Source: Wolbachia endosymbiont of Cimex lectularius (lineage in GTDB: Bacteria; Pseudomonadota; Alphaproteobacteria; Rickettsiales; Anaplasmataceae). From it: 32,000 bases of DNA. Shown one piece after another: positions 1 to 9,468 of this stretch. The position numbers and the translations under genes are program-made. The first letter of the stretch is position 1, and every line of letters starts with the position of its first letter. The stretch covers positions 510,001 through 542,000 of the forward strand of contig NZ_AP013028.1 of NCBI RefSeq assembly GCF_000829315.1. The letters run 5' to 3'. Below the pieces are notes generated by a model. That model did no database searches. It was not told the DNA's origin and saw nothing but the letters and a program-made list of their open reading frames with translations.

Positions 1-223
1 TTGCCAACCAGAAACTTTATAGTCTCTAGGTGATCATACATGGCAGCAAGATGTAGCAGTGTCCGACCACCATTATCGGCATCGTTAATGCTTATACCCT
101 CCTTATTAAGGAAAAACCCTACAATATTTTTATGTCCACCTACAGTAGCACTTTGTATAGGCTTGTCACCAGAAATAGCATTTCTAACATGCACGTTAGC
201 CCCTTTGCCAATCAGCGACCTTA

Positions 224-1083
224 GAACCTGTTTAAAATCTTGGAAATGTGAGGTAAAGTAAGCATAGATTAATAATGAGGTGTCTATGCAGAAAAGTTAT
301 CCAAGTAATATAAGTCAAGAGCAGTTTGAAAAAATCAGGCCAATTTTGGAGAGTAGCAAGCAGAAAACAAAACCAAGAAAACTTGATTTGTATGACGTAT
401 TTTGTGGGGTGTTGTACGTCTTAAAAAGTGGTTGTCAGTGGAGGATGTTACCAAAGGGTTTTCCAAGATGGGAAAGCGTATATTACTATTTTCGAGTGTG
501 GAGTAAAAAGAATGGAGAAGAGCCAAGCTTGTTGGAATTAGTCTTAAAAAAAATTAGTTGGAGAGGTCCGTATCAGCAATGGTCGGAAAGAGAAAACTAG
601 CTTTTGTATAATTGATTCTCAAAGCGTTAAAAACGCAGATACTGCTGAAAAAAAAGGCTATGATGCAGGTAAAAAGATTTCAGGGATAAAGCGCCATATT
701 GCAGTTGATACACAAGGTTTGCCACATGCAATTTATGTAACAACGGCAGAAGCAACTGACCGTAGCAGTGCTGTGAAAATGGTCGAAAATGCTAAAGCAA
801 ACCTCTCTGAAGTTAAAAACATACTGGTTGATGCTGGCTACACAGGAGAAAATTTTGCAACACAAATAAAAGCTATCATTGGTGCGACTGTTGAAGTAAT
901 AAAGCGAAGTGAGTTACACACTTTCGTCGTATTGCCAAAAAGATGGGTTGTTGAACGCTCTTTTGCCTGGTTAGAAAAGTGCAGGCGATTGTGGAAAAAT
1001 TGCGAGCGGAAGCTCAACACTAGCTTACAGATGATAGTCCTCTCCTTCATTTCTCTCCTGTTACGAAGATTTTAAACAGGTTC
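224..1083 (+). mobile_element. IS5-family insertion sequence, copy 1 (860 bp)
   Basis: Perfect 18-bp terminal inverted repeats gaacctgtttaaaatctt (224-241 vs 1066-1083). A 3-bp TTA direct duplication flanks the element (221-223 and 1084-1086). It carries an internal DDE transposase. It is identical to 16736-17595. Confidence 0.9.
280..1075 (+). CDS. IS5-family DDE transposase in two frames (ORFA 280-600; ORFB frame open 548-1075), joined at an A8 run
   Basis: The ORFB frame upstream of its first ATG reads KKLVGEVRISNGRKEKTSFCIIDSQSVKNADTAEKKGYDAGKKISGIKRH. It then continues with ILVDAGYTG and RWVVERSFAWLEKCRRL, the D, D and E motif blocks of IS5-type transposases. The frames overlap at aaaaaaaa (546-553). 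Confidence 0.85.
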
Positions 1084-1493
1084 TTACAGCCTCTAAGTGA
1101 CCATACATAGCAGCAACGTGTAAAGGTGTATAACCACAGCTATAACCGTTAATGTCATCGCCTTTATTTACAGAATATTTTATTGCTTCTAAATCGCCAT
1201 CTCTAGCAGCATTATGCAAAGGAGTATAAAACTCCTTATTATCCTTGGCATTGATGTTATCTTCATGAGACTTACGAACCCCACGAAACTTGTCCTGCTC
1301 TACAGTATTAGATAACTTACGATCAATTTTTCTCATAAACTCTTTAATGATATTAATCTTTCTTCAAACTATACGTTGTTACTGAATTATGCAAATTCTA
1401 GTGCCTACAATATAGATATTTCCTGTATACAACAACTTTTTTTGAAATTGTGAGTTTGAATTGATGGTAATTTTTATGCCGTCACACTCTGAG

Positions 1494-2872
1494 TTAGCCA
1501 GTGACTACTCTATTTCTGCCACTGTTTTTTGCTTTATATAGGTATCTGTCAGCGCGTACTATAAATTTTTTAATGTTATCAAGATCAGATTTTTGCATTT
1601 CTGCAATTCCAATGCTCACAGTCACACTATGAGTTGTGTTCTCGCCTGAGAGCACAAAAGGTTCTGTGGCAATAATTTCACGTATTCTCTCTGCAACAGT
1701 GTATGCATCTGATATATTGGTATCTGGCATTACTATAACAAATTCCTCACCACCAAACCTAGCTAGCAAATCCGTCACTCTGATATTCTCAGAAATTCTC
1801 TTCTGCATTTGCTTTAAAAACTCATCCCCAGCACTATGCCCAAAATCGTCATTTACTACCTTAAAATAGTCTATATCAAGTATCATAAGAGATAATCTTC
1901 TGTCCTTCTCTACAGAATCCTTAACAATGTTTTTCAAGTGCGCATCAAAATATCTTCTGTTATAACAGTTAGTTAGCGAATCCTTTATAGACATTTCTGC
2001 ATTATTGAACAAGTTCATTCTCAAGGCGTCTTGATACCTCTTACGTTTCACTTGTAAATTAACTCTTGCCATTAACTCACTCTCGTCCAATGGTACTGTT
2101 AAGTAATCGTTAGCACCCACGTTAAGCGCTTTTACTAAATTGTTTTTATCATAATCTTTAGAGAGAATCAGAATTGGCGTGTAACGTGTTTCCACTTTAC
2201 TGCGAAACTCAGAACACAAACGTAGGCCATCAGTTTGCGAAAATTGCATATCGGAAATAATCAGGTCGTAGTTATCGTCAATACCAATCTTCAATGCCTC
2301 AGTTGGATCATTCAGCACTTTAATTGAACCAAAACGCTGACTCAGTACATTATATATCTGCTCCGCTTGAAAGACATCCTCATCTACAACAAGTATGTTA
2401 GCATCAAAAATCTGGTTGGAATAATCCATAATACTGCTTCCTGCTACCCCACCAATCTCAGCGTTAGTTTCTCCTCTCAAACGCAACTCATCTATTACCA
2501 TCTTCAAGCGCGTGAGGGACTTTTGATTCTCGCAGAAAGAGCAGTTTCATCTATTGGTTTAGTTAGAAAGTCATCTGCACCGGCATTAATGCCCTGCACT
2601 CTATCGTGAGTGTCATGCAGCGCAGTCACCATAATTATTGGAATATGGGTTGTTAAGGGATCACTCTTTAGGCTCTTACAAACTTCAAAGCCATTTATTT
2701 TCGGCATCATGATATCGAGTAATATAATATCTGGCTGCTGCTTTGCTACCAAATCTATAGCTTCTTTACCATCGTGAGCTACGATAACTGTATAGTACTC
2801 TGCTTTTAGTCGAGCTTCTAAAAGCTTAACATTAGATAGTACATCATCTACTACCAGAATCTTCGCTGTCAT
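1494..2872 (-). pseudogene. pleD: PleD-like response regulator / diguanylate cyclase (REC-REC-GGDEF), split by a frameshift into ORFs 2504-2872 and 1494-2507
   Basis: The N-terminal ORF is a complete receiver domain (ILVVDD...LLDIMMP...TALHD...KP). The second ORF contains a second receiver-like domain plus GGDEF with GGEEF and an RVTD (RxxD) site. The downstream frame reads SLTRLKMVIDELR directly after ARIK of the upstream frame. Confidence 0.8.
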
Positions 2873-3140
2873 TGCCTTTAGACGTATTATCTATATTGTA
2901 ACTAGGATAAAACTTACCATCTTTACCAACTATATAATTTACCTTCTCGACACTATACTCTTTATACAAATCTTCAATTCCGGCATCTTTTAACAAATTC
3001 CTAATTCTCGACTTTGCAATCATAAAATACCTATATATATTCCTAATAAGGTCAATAAACGCAGGTATCTTATTCTTATCAAGAACAACTATACTCACTA
3101 GTGCTACGACTAAAATTTCTGAAAGACCTATGTTGAACAT
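2844..3140 (-). CDS. tatB: Sec-independent (Tat) translocase component, TatB-like
   Basis: The N-terminus MFNIGLSEILVVALVSIVVL followed by an amphipathic segment matches the TatB/TatA family signature (E. coli TatB starts MFDIGFSELLLV). The gene is tightly packed between gdh and pleD. Confidence 0.55.
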   Translation of the reverse strand: MFNIGLSEILVVALVSIVVLDKNKIPAFIDLIRNIYRYFMIAKSRIRNLLKDAGIEDLYKEYSVEKVNYIVGKDGKFYPSYNIDNTSKGNDSEDSGSR

Positions 3141-3145
3141 TTTTC

Positions 3146-6100
3146 TTACGAGGCAAGTACTTTAATTCTTCTTATTATAAATATTAATTTACTTAAATCA
3201 AGCTTAGAAGCAACCATCTCATCTAAGAAACTATTATAACGTTCTATGCAATCTCTATCATTACAAGCCCAGGTTTGAACTTTATCTTCACGGTTACCGG
3301 TGGACTTTATAACTTTGACAGCTAGCTTATAATGATAATTGCTTAAATCATCCAATAAATCATTAATTAAGCTGCGGTCCCAATAAGAAGAATGACTTTT
3401 CATCTTGATAGCAATTGTTCTAATTAGATCGAATCTTAGTAGCGACTTTAACTCAAAGTATATTTTACCAGTGTCAAGAATAGGTAAGGATGTCTGCTCA
3501 GCAATGGATATAACGTCCAATGCATAGGCCAAAATACACAGGTCAGCAACCTTTTTTACTAGATCTTTATTTATATTAAGCTCCACTAAAGAAGCAGACC
3601 CATGGTGATAGACCTTCAATAGATGCTCATCTAAAACATCAGTTAAGTTCTGGCCTAAAGTCTCAATTGCATCCTTAAATTTTGTGACATCATCCAGCTC
3701 TATAGAGCCGAGTTTGCTGAGATTTTTTACTAACCAAAATGATACTCTGCCAATAAATTTCTGCACATTTCTCACTATTTGCAAGTATGAGTTAACATCA
3801 ATCTTTCCATCCAATTCATCAATTTTCTGCCACAGGTTATTTAAACTATATAGACGATTAACAACAATATACACATTAACTGCTTCATGCACTTTGATTC
3901 CAGTATTTTCAACTAGATTATTAATAAATATACATCCCATCCTATTCACTATATCGTTTGCAATGCAAGTGGAGATAATCTCTCTGCGAAGTTGGTGTTT
4001 TAATATGTAATCCTTGAACTCTGTTACCATTTTTTGTGGAAAGTAGTTTAGCAAGTAATCACGACACAAGGAATCTTTTTCAGGCAAGCTGGAAAGTATA
4101 ATTTCATTTTCTATTGCTGTTCTAGCGTAAGACATCAGGACAGAAAGCTGAGGAGAACTAAAGCCCTCCGCTCCAGTCAACATTCTCGCTATTTCCTCAT
4201 CAGCTGGAAGAAATTCCACACTTCGGTTTAGCAACCCAGATCTCTCCAAGCTGAGTAATAATCTGTGATGCTGCTCTAACCTTTCCTTAGCTTGCAAGCA
4301 CTCAAGGAGTAATGCTTTTGTTTCAATTCTGTTATGATCTTCAAGTACCTTAGATGCAACTTCGTCTACCATACTGGCCAGTATTTCGTTCCTTTTTTCT
4401 AAGGAAATGCCCCCTCCTTTCATAATCAAAACAAATGCAATTTTGATGTTAACTTCCAAATCAGAACATATTACTCCTGCCGAATTATCAACAAAATCTG
4501 CATTGATATATCCACCCTTCTCTGCATACTCTATTCTTCCAAGCTGCGTGCAACCGAGATTACCACCCTCTATGAACATAGAAGCTCTAATATCCTCACC
4601 ATTCACTCTTAACTCATCATTTGCCTTGTCACTGACCATATCATGGCTTTCACTTCTCGCTTTAACAAACGTGCCAATTCCTCCATTCCATATAAAATCC
4701 ACTCTTGCTTTTAACAGATATCGGATCAAGTCATTTGGAGATAATATATCCTCTGTTATGTCAAAGCATTTTTTTATTTCTTGAGAAATGTTTACTTGCT
4801 TGCTGCTGCGCTCAAATACCCCACCACCCTCAGAAATCAAATCTTTGCTATAATCCATCCAAGTTGAAAATGGCAACTCAAAGAGACGTTTACGCTCTGC
4901 AAAACTCTTTTCTGCATCAGGACTCGGGTCAACAAAAATATGCATATGGTTAAATGCGCCGATTAAACGCATATTTTTTGAAAGCAGCATGCCATTCCCA
5001 AACAGATCGCCAGCCATATCTCCAATTCCAATAACAGTTACATCTTGATAAATATCCCTATTCATTCTCCAAAAATGCCTTTGTGCTGCAATCCACGCGC
5101 CTCTTGCTGTAATACCCATCTTTTTGTGGTCGTAACCTGCCGATCCACCAGATGCAAATGCATCGCCAAGCCAAAAATTATACTCAGAGGCTATTTGGTT
5201 GGCATAATCAGAAAATGAAGCAGTGCCTTTATCTGCCGCAACTACTAAGTATGGATCATCTTCATCATACCTAATTACATTTTCTGGTGGAATTATTTTA
5301 CCATCAACTACATTATCAGTAATATCAAGCATTCCTCTGATAAAATTCTTATAGCACTCAACACCTTTCTCTCTTAAGATATTTTTATCTCTATAAACTT
5401 TCTTTATTATAAACCCACCCTTTGCACCAACAGGGACTATAACCGCGTTTTTCGTCATCTGAGCTTTCATGAGTCCCAAAACTTCAGTGCGAAAATCTTC
5501 CGTCCTATCTGACCACCTTAAACCACCACGCGCTAGCTTTCCTCCTCTTAGGTGTATTCCCTCAAAAAGGTTCGAATACACATACAACTCACGATATGGA
5601 CGCGGGTCAGGCAAGCCATTTATTTTACTTGAATCAAATTTTGTAGATAAATATGGTTTATCCTCTTGATAATAACTGGTCCTTAAAACGGCCATTATCA
5701 AGTTAAATATCGAACGTATAACGTAATCATGTGAAACATTGCTGATCTCTTTTAGAAGCTCCTCAATTTTCTCTCTGAAGATGTCTGTAGTTTCTGCTCT
5801 ATCAATATCTATACTAGGATCAAATCTTGCATGAAATAATTGTATCAGATACTTCACTATCTTTGGATACTCTGAAACTACTTTTTGAACGTATTCTGGG
5901 TTGTATTTAAATGACGTTTGCTTCAGGTAAGCACTTAGCGTCCTAATCAGAAGCACCTCTTTCCACTCCAGCCCAGCAATAATGATCAAACTGTTGAAAT
6001 AGTCATTTTTAATTTCTCCTCTAAACACTTTTGCAAGCGTTATCTCAAACTGCTCTTTCAGAGTAATGTTGTCTATTAATTCATCAACCCTCGACAACAC

Positions 6101-7855
6101 AAAATGGTGTATCCATATTCCACCGTTGATTTCTATGTAATAACCATTATGAGATAGGATCTTCGCCCCCAAATTCTTAGTAATTCTCAATATCTTTGAT
6201 AATTCAAGGCCGCCATTGCTTAGAGTATAAACCTTTAATTGATAATTGAGATTGTCACGAGTAAGTCTTAAATCGACCTCACTTACTTTCTTTTTCCTTA
6301 CTATCTCCAATTTCTTCATATCGTAATATACGTCGTTGGGTTCGAAACTCTCTTGATAGCTTATCGGGAATGCCTTGCAATAACGGATGAATACATCCTC
6401 AACAGTACCGAAGGTATTATATAGGTTATCTATAAAACGATCTTCCCACTTTTCTGTAATGTTTCTCAATTTGTTTTCAATACACAGAACTTCATCATCA
6501 AGAACACTAGCACCTTCAGCCTTTAGCACCACATGCAATTTCATCAAGTCATATTCGTTTATAATGTGATGGTTATAAATATCTGCACCTTTTGCATTTA
6601 TCTCATCCTTCAATATGTCACGTACCTTGAACATTAACCTGGCACTAGCATAACGCATCGGTATCAACACTATGCAACTAATAAAGTCCCCCACCTTTCT
6701 TAAAAACAATTTGACTCTTGGCCTAATTGCAAGAGACATGATCGAAGTACAAATTTTAAACAACTCATCTTCATTGGACTGGAATAATTCATCACAAGAG
6801 AATGCTTGCAAGATAGAAACTAAAGCCTTATTGTTGTGGCCACCCGGTATGAACCCTGCCCTTTTCTCTATTATTTCAATTTTATTCTTTATTACCGGGA
6901 TAGTTCGAATATCTTGAACTTCAGCTATAGAAGTAAACAATCCAAAAAAACGCCGTTCCTTTATCACGTTACCCTGATCATTAAATTCTCTCACTCCTAT
7001 ATAATTCATGTACGTACGCCGATGAACTATTGAAATCAGATCTGACCTCAATATGTATAAACAATCAGTGTCCACACAAGGAACCAATACATTTTGATAC
7101 TCTTCACTTGCTCTCATTAAACCAAGATTTTCCTTACCACTTGGAACGAACTTCCCATCTTCATCAGGAATGCATTCTTGATAACCTAAAAATACAAAGT
7201 TGTTATTCTTCAACCAAGCTAGAAAATCTTTTTCCTGGATCCCAGTATCAAGTACTGGGATGACAGAAAGATTTGCCTCATCAAGCTTCTGCAGCATCAG
7301 GCGCCAATCTTTCACAACGCAATTAACTGCTTTCAGTGTTCTGTGTAGAGACTCTTTTAGTGTATCAACAAAACTGTCACTTATGCATTTAATAACCACA
7401 TATATCACCGACTCCTTGATACCATTATCATCTTCTAAATTGCAAATCTCATTAATAAGGCCACTTTTTCTTTGGATGTTAATTATGCTGTTGCTGTAAT
7501 AGCATATAGTTAAATTATGCGACTTAATGGTGGCAATAATAGAGTCAACCAGAAAAGGTATGTCGTCATTTGCTACTTTAATTATAGTAAAATTGCCTTC
7601 TATCCCTGGTACATCATTTACATTACTTACCATTAACTTACTTTCTTCTTTCTCTTTTTTAAGGATGAAGTTGTATGCGTCTTCTGCAATGTACAGAAGG
7701 AATTTATCATTAATCTTTAGGTCGCTATTGTAGACAAAATTATAAAAGTACTTAATAAACTCTTTAATTTTCTCCTTTTCTTTTTGATTTTCTTGATTAA
7801 TCAACTTAAATAAAGACTCAGTGTCAACATTATGCTCTACACACATTTTTTGCAA
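3146..7855 (-). CDS. gdhB: Large NAD-specific glutamate dehydrogenase (about 180-kDa class)
   Basis: A 1,569-aa uninterrupted ORF. The central catalytic region (GGLRWSDR...VPVGAKGGF...VVAADKGTA...GGSAGYDHKKMGITARGAW) is typical of the large bacterial NAD-GDH family. Confidence 0.9.
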   Translation of the reverse strand: MQKMCVEHNVDTESLFKLINQENQKEKEKIKEFIKYFYNFVYNSDLKINDKFLLYIAEDAYNFILKKEKEESKLMVSNVNDVPGIEGNFTIIKVANDDIPFLVDSIIATIKSHNLTICYYSNSIINIQRKSGLINEICNLEDDNGIKESVIYVVIKCISDSFVDTLKESLHRTLKAVNCVVKDWRLMLQKLDEANLSVIPVLDTGIQEKDFLAWLKNNNFVFLGYQECIPDEDGKFVPSGKENLGLMRASEEYQNVLVPCVDTDCLYILRSDLISIVHRRTYMNYIGVREFNDQGNVIKERRFFGLFTSIAEVQDIRTIPVIKNKIEIIEKRAGFIPGGHNNKALVSILQAFSCDELFQSNEDELFKICTSIMSLAIRPRVKLFLRKVGDFISCIVLIPMRYASARLMFKVRDILKDEINAKGADIYNHHIINEYDLMKLHVVLKAEGASVLDDEVLCIENKLRNITEKWEDRFIDNLYNTFGTVEDVFIRYCKAFPISYQESFEPNDVYYDMKKLEIVRKKKVSEVDLRLTRDNLNYQLKVYTLSNGGLELSKILRITKNLGAKILSHNGYYIEINGGIWIHHFVLSRVDELIDNITLKEQFEITLAKVFRGEIKNDYFNSLIIIAGLEWKEVLLIRTLSAYLKQTSFKYNPEYVQKVVSEYPKIVKYLIQLFHARFDPSIDIDRAETTDIFREKIEELLKEISNVSHDYVIRSIFNLIMAVLRTSYYQEDKPYLSTKFDSSKINGLPDPRPYRELYVYSNLFEGIHLRGGKLARGGLRWSDRTEDFRTEVLGLMKAQMTKNAVIVPVGAKGGFIIKKVYRDKNILREKGVECYKNFIRGMLDITDNVVDGKIIPPENVIRYDEDDPYLVVAADKGTASFSDYANQIASEYNFWLGDAFASGGSAGYDHKKMGITARGAWIAAQRHFWRMNRDIYQDVTVIGIGDMAGDLFGNGMLLSKNMRLIGAFNHMHIFVDPSPDAEKSFAERKRLFELPFSTWMDYSKDLISEGGGVFERSSKQVNISQEIKKCFDITEDILSPNDLIRYLLKARVDFIWNGGIGTFVKARSESHDMVSDKANDELRVNGEDIRASMFIEGGNLGCTQLGRIEYAEKGGYINADFVDNSAGVICSDLEVNIKIAFVLIMKGGGISLEKRNEILASMVDEVASKVLEDHNRIETKALLLECLQAKERLEQHHRLLLSLERSGLLNRSVEFLPADEEIARMLTGAEGFSSPQLSVLMSYARTAIENEIILSSLPEKDSLCRDYLLNYFPQKMVTEFKDYILKHQLRREIISTCIANDIVNRMGCIFINNLVENTGIKVHEAVNVYIVVNRLYSLNNLWQKIDELDGKIDVNSYLQIVRNVQKFIGRVSFWLVKNLSKLGSIELDDVTKFKDAIETLGQNLTDVLDEHLLKVYHHGSASLVELNINKDLVKKVADLCILAYALDVISIAEQTSLPILDTGKIYFELKSLLRFDLIRTIAIKMKSHSSYWDRSLINDLLDDLSNYHYKLAVKVIKSTGNREDKVQTWACNDRDCIERYNSFLDEMVASKLDLSKLIFIIRRIKVLAS
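7237..7266. repeat. Short palindromic element embedded in frame in the gdh CDS
   Basis: atcccagta-tcaag-tactgggat forms a perfect 9-bp stem with a 5-nt loop (7239-7261). It is translated as VIPVLDTGIQ in gdh. It is closely similar to the intergenic gatcccagtatcgagcattggaatgac at 10014-10040. Confidence 0.8.
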
Positions 7856-8169
7856 CCAAAATACATAGTGAATTTAAACCCTTTATGACTAAGATTTCAT
7901 TACTAAAAGCACACATTATTAGCTCATCGCCTTTTTATTGCATTACTTACATACCACAAGCGCTCCTGAACGAGAGTGTGGAACTCCCCTACAATAGTAC
8001 TAAAGCGACACATAATACCCAGCTAAGGTCCTATAGACCCTATGGTTATCGCCACATATGATGCAAACTTTTTTTTGATCAGGCATGAACTTTCTCCTTC
8101 AAATTATTATAATTCTTTATTATTGAATAATTTCGCAACCAATGTCAATTATATAACAGAGGTTTCCGA

Positions 8170-8200
8170 TTGACTTTTAATGCACTTTAGTCTATATAAT
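8170..8200 (+). promoter_or_regulatory. Putative sigma70-type promoter for nuoD
   Basis: TTGACT (8170-8175), a 17-nt spacer, then TATATA (8193-8198; TATAAT at 8195-8200 with N19). It lies about 25 nt upstream of the nuoD ATG at 8224. Confidence 0.45.
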
Positions 8201-8223
8201 TTCAATATCTTAAGTTATCAGAT

Positions 8224-9396
8224 ATGCCAGATCTAAAAACAATGATGTTGAATTTTGGACCTCAGCACCCAGCGGCACATGGGGTGTTGCGTCTTGTATT
8301 GGAAATGGATGGTGAAGTGATCGAAAGAGCAGATCCCCATATTGGGCTTTTGCACCGTGGCACTGAAAAATTAATAGAGCACAAAACGTACCTCCAAGCT
8401 TTGCCGTATTTTGATCGTCTTGACTACGTATCACCAATGTCACAAGAGCACGCATATTCACTGTGTGTAGAGAAATTGTTGCAATGCGAAGTGCCGGTCA
8501 GAGCAAAATATTTGCGTGTTTTGTTTTGTGAGCTGACCAGAATACTAAATCACTTGCTCAATATCTCTTCTCAAGCACTGGATGTTGGAGCGATGACTCC
8601 TCTTCTATGGCTCTTTGAAGAAAGAGAAAAAATATTGGCATTCTACGAAAGAGCTTCGGGTGCAAGGTTTCATGCAGCTTATATTAGGCCAGGTGGAGTG
8701 GCAGCAGATATTCCAGAAGGTTTAATTGAGGATATCGCAAAGTTCATAGAGCAATTTCCGCAGTATATAGACGATGTCGACGAACTTTTGACGGAAAATA
8801 GGATATGGAAACAACGTACTGTAGGAATCAGTGAAATATCGATTAAACAGGCGCTTGACTGGGGTTTTAGCGGACCAATGCTGCGTGCTGCTGGGCTTGC
8901 TTGGGATTTGCGAAAAAGCCAGCCATATGAGATATACGACCAACTGGATTTTGATATACCAATCGGCCAAAATGGCGACTGTTATGACCGTTATTTAGTC
9001 AGGATGGCGGAGATTAGGCAATCTATTAGTTTGGTAAAGCAGTGCATAGAAAAAATGCCCGAAGGACCAGTAAAAACTGAAGATAGAAAGATTTCTCCAC
9101 CGCCAAGAGCAGAGATGAAAACGTCCATGGAGGCTCTTATTCACCATTTTAAGCTTTATTCGGAAGGGTATAGTGTGCCAGAAGGTGAGGCTTATGCGGC
9201 TGTTGAAGCACCAAAAGGTGAGTTTGGGGTATATATAGTTTCAGATGGCACTAATATGCCCTATAGGTGCAGAATAAGAGCACCCGGCTTTGCGCATTTG
9301 CAAGCCTTGGACTTCATGTCAAAAGGGCACATGCTTGCTGACATTGCAGCAATTATTGGTTCGCTCGATATAGTTTTTGGTGAGATCGATAGGTAA
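8224..9396 (+). CDS. nuoD: NADH-quinone oxidoreductase subunit D
   Basis: The 390-aa ORF starts [18 protein letters not shown] and ends ...[13 protein letters not shown], which are hallmark NuoD (49-kDa subunit) termini. Confidence 0.95.
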   Translation: MPDLKTMMLNFGPQHPAAHGVLRLVLEMDGEVIERADPHIGLLHRGTEKLIEHKTYLQALPYFDRLDYVSPMSQEHAYSLCVEKLLQCEVPVRAKYLRVLFCELTRILNHLLNISSQALDVGAMTPLLWLFEEREKILAFYERASGARFHAAYIRPGGVAADIPEGLIEDIAKFIEQFPQYIDDVDELLTENRIWKQRTVGISEISIKQALDWGFSGPMLRAAGLAWDLRKSQPYEIYDQLDFDIPIGQNGDCYDRYLVRMAEIRQSISLVKQCIEKMPEGPVKTEDRKISPPPRAEMKTSMEALIHHFKLYSEGYSVPEGEAYAAVEAPKGEFGVYIVSDGTNMPYRCRIRAPGFAHLQALDFMSKGHMLADIAAIIGSLDIVFGEIDR

Positions 9397-9468
9397 GCTA
9401 TAGCTCGTTTGGTAGCAACCAGAAGTTAATAGATCTATTGCATAACAAATCGGCTTTTGGCATATGCG

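Larger units (their letters stand above)
1..1336 (-). pseudogene. Ankyrin-repeat protein gene interrupted by an IS (5' part 1087-1336, 3' part 1-223, continuing beyond the window start)
   Basis: The minus-strand translation of 1087-1336 gives ...YTPLHNAARDGDLEAIKY...GYTPLHVAAMYGHLEAV. That of 1-223 gives RSLIGKGANVHVRNAISGDKPIQSATVGGHKNIVGFFLNKEGISINDADNGGRTLLHLAAMYDHLETIKFLVG. Both are canonical ANK repeats. The last residues of the 91-aa ORF (TCLKSS) are read from the IS end. Confidence 0.85.

Noticed and set aside
40-261. 73-aa plus-strand ORF at the window start
   Set aside because: It is antisense to the clearly ankyrin-coding minus-strand frame and runs into the IS terminal repeat. It is a shadow ORF.
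3684-7733. Ten plus-strand ORFs of 60-125 aa inside the gdh region (3684-4010, 4407-4784, 4705-4953, 5469-5669, 6387-6569, 6672-6917, 6836-7033, 7030-7263, 7200-7499, 7527-7733)
   Set aside because: All are antisense shadows of the 1,569-aa gdh ORF. They have low-complexity Ser/Leu/Phe-rich translations, no RBS and no recognisable motifs.
9397-9420. tRNA-like string gctatagctcgtttggtagcaacc right after nuoD
   Set aside because: It resembles a D-arm, but the D-stem does not close (gctc...gcaa). No anticodon stem, T-arm (GTTCRA) or matching acceptor 3' half follows. At best it is a decayed fragment.
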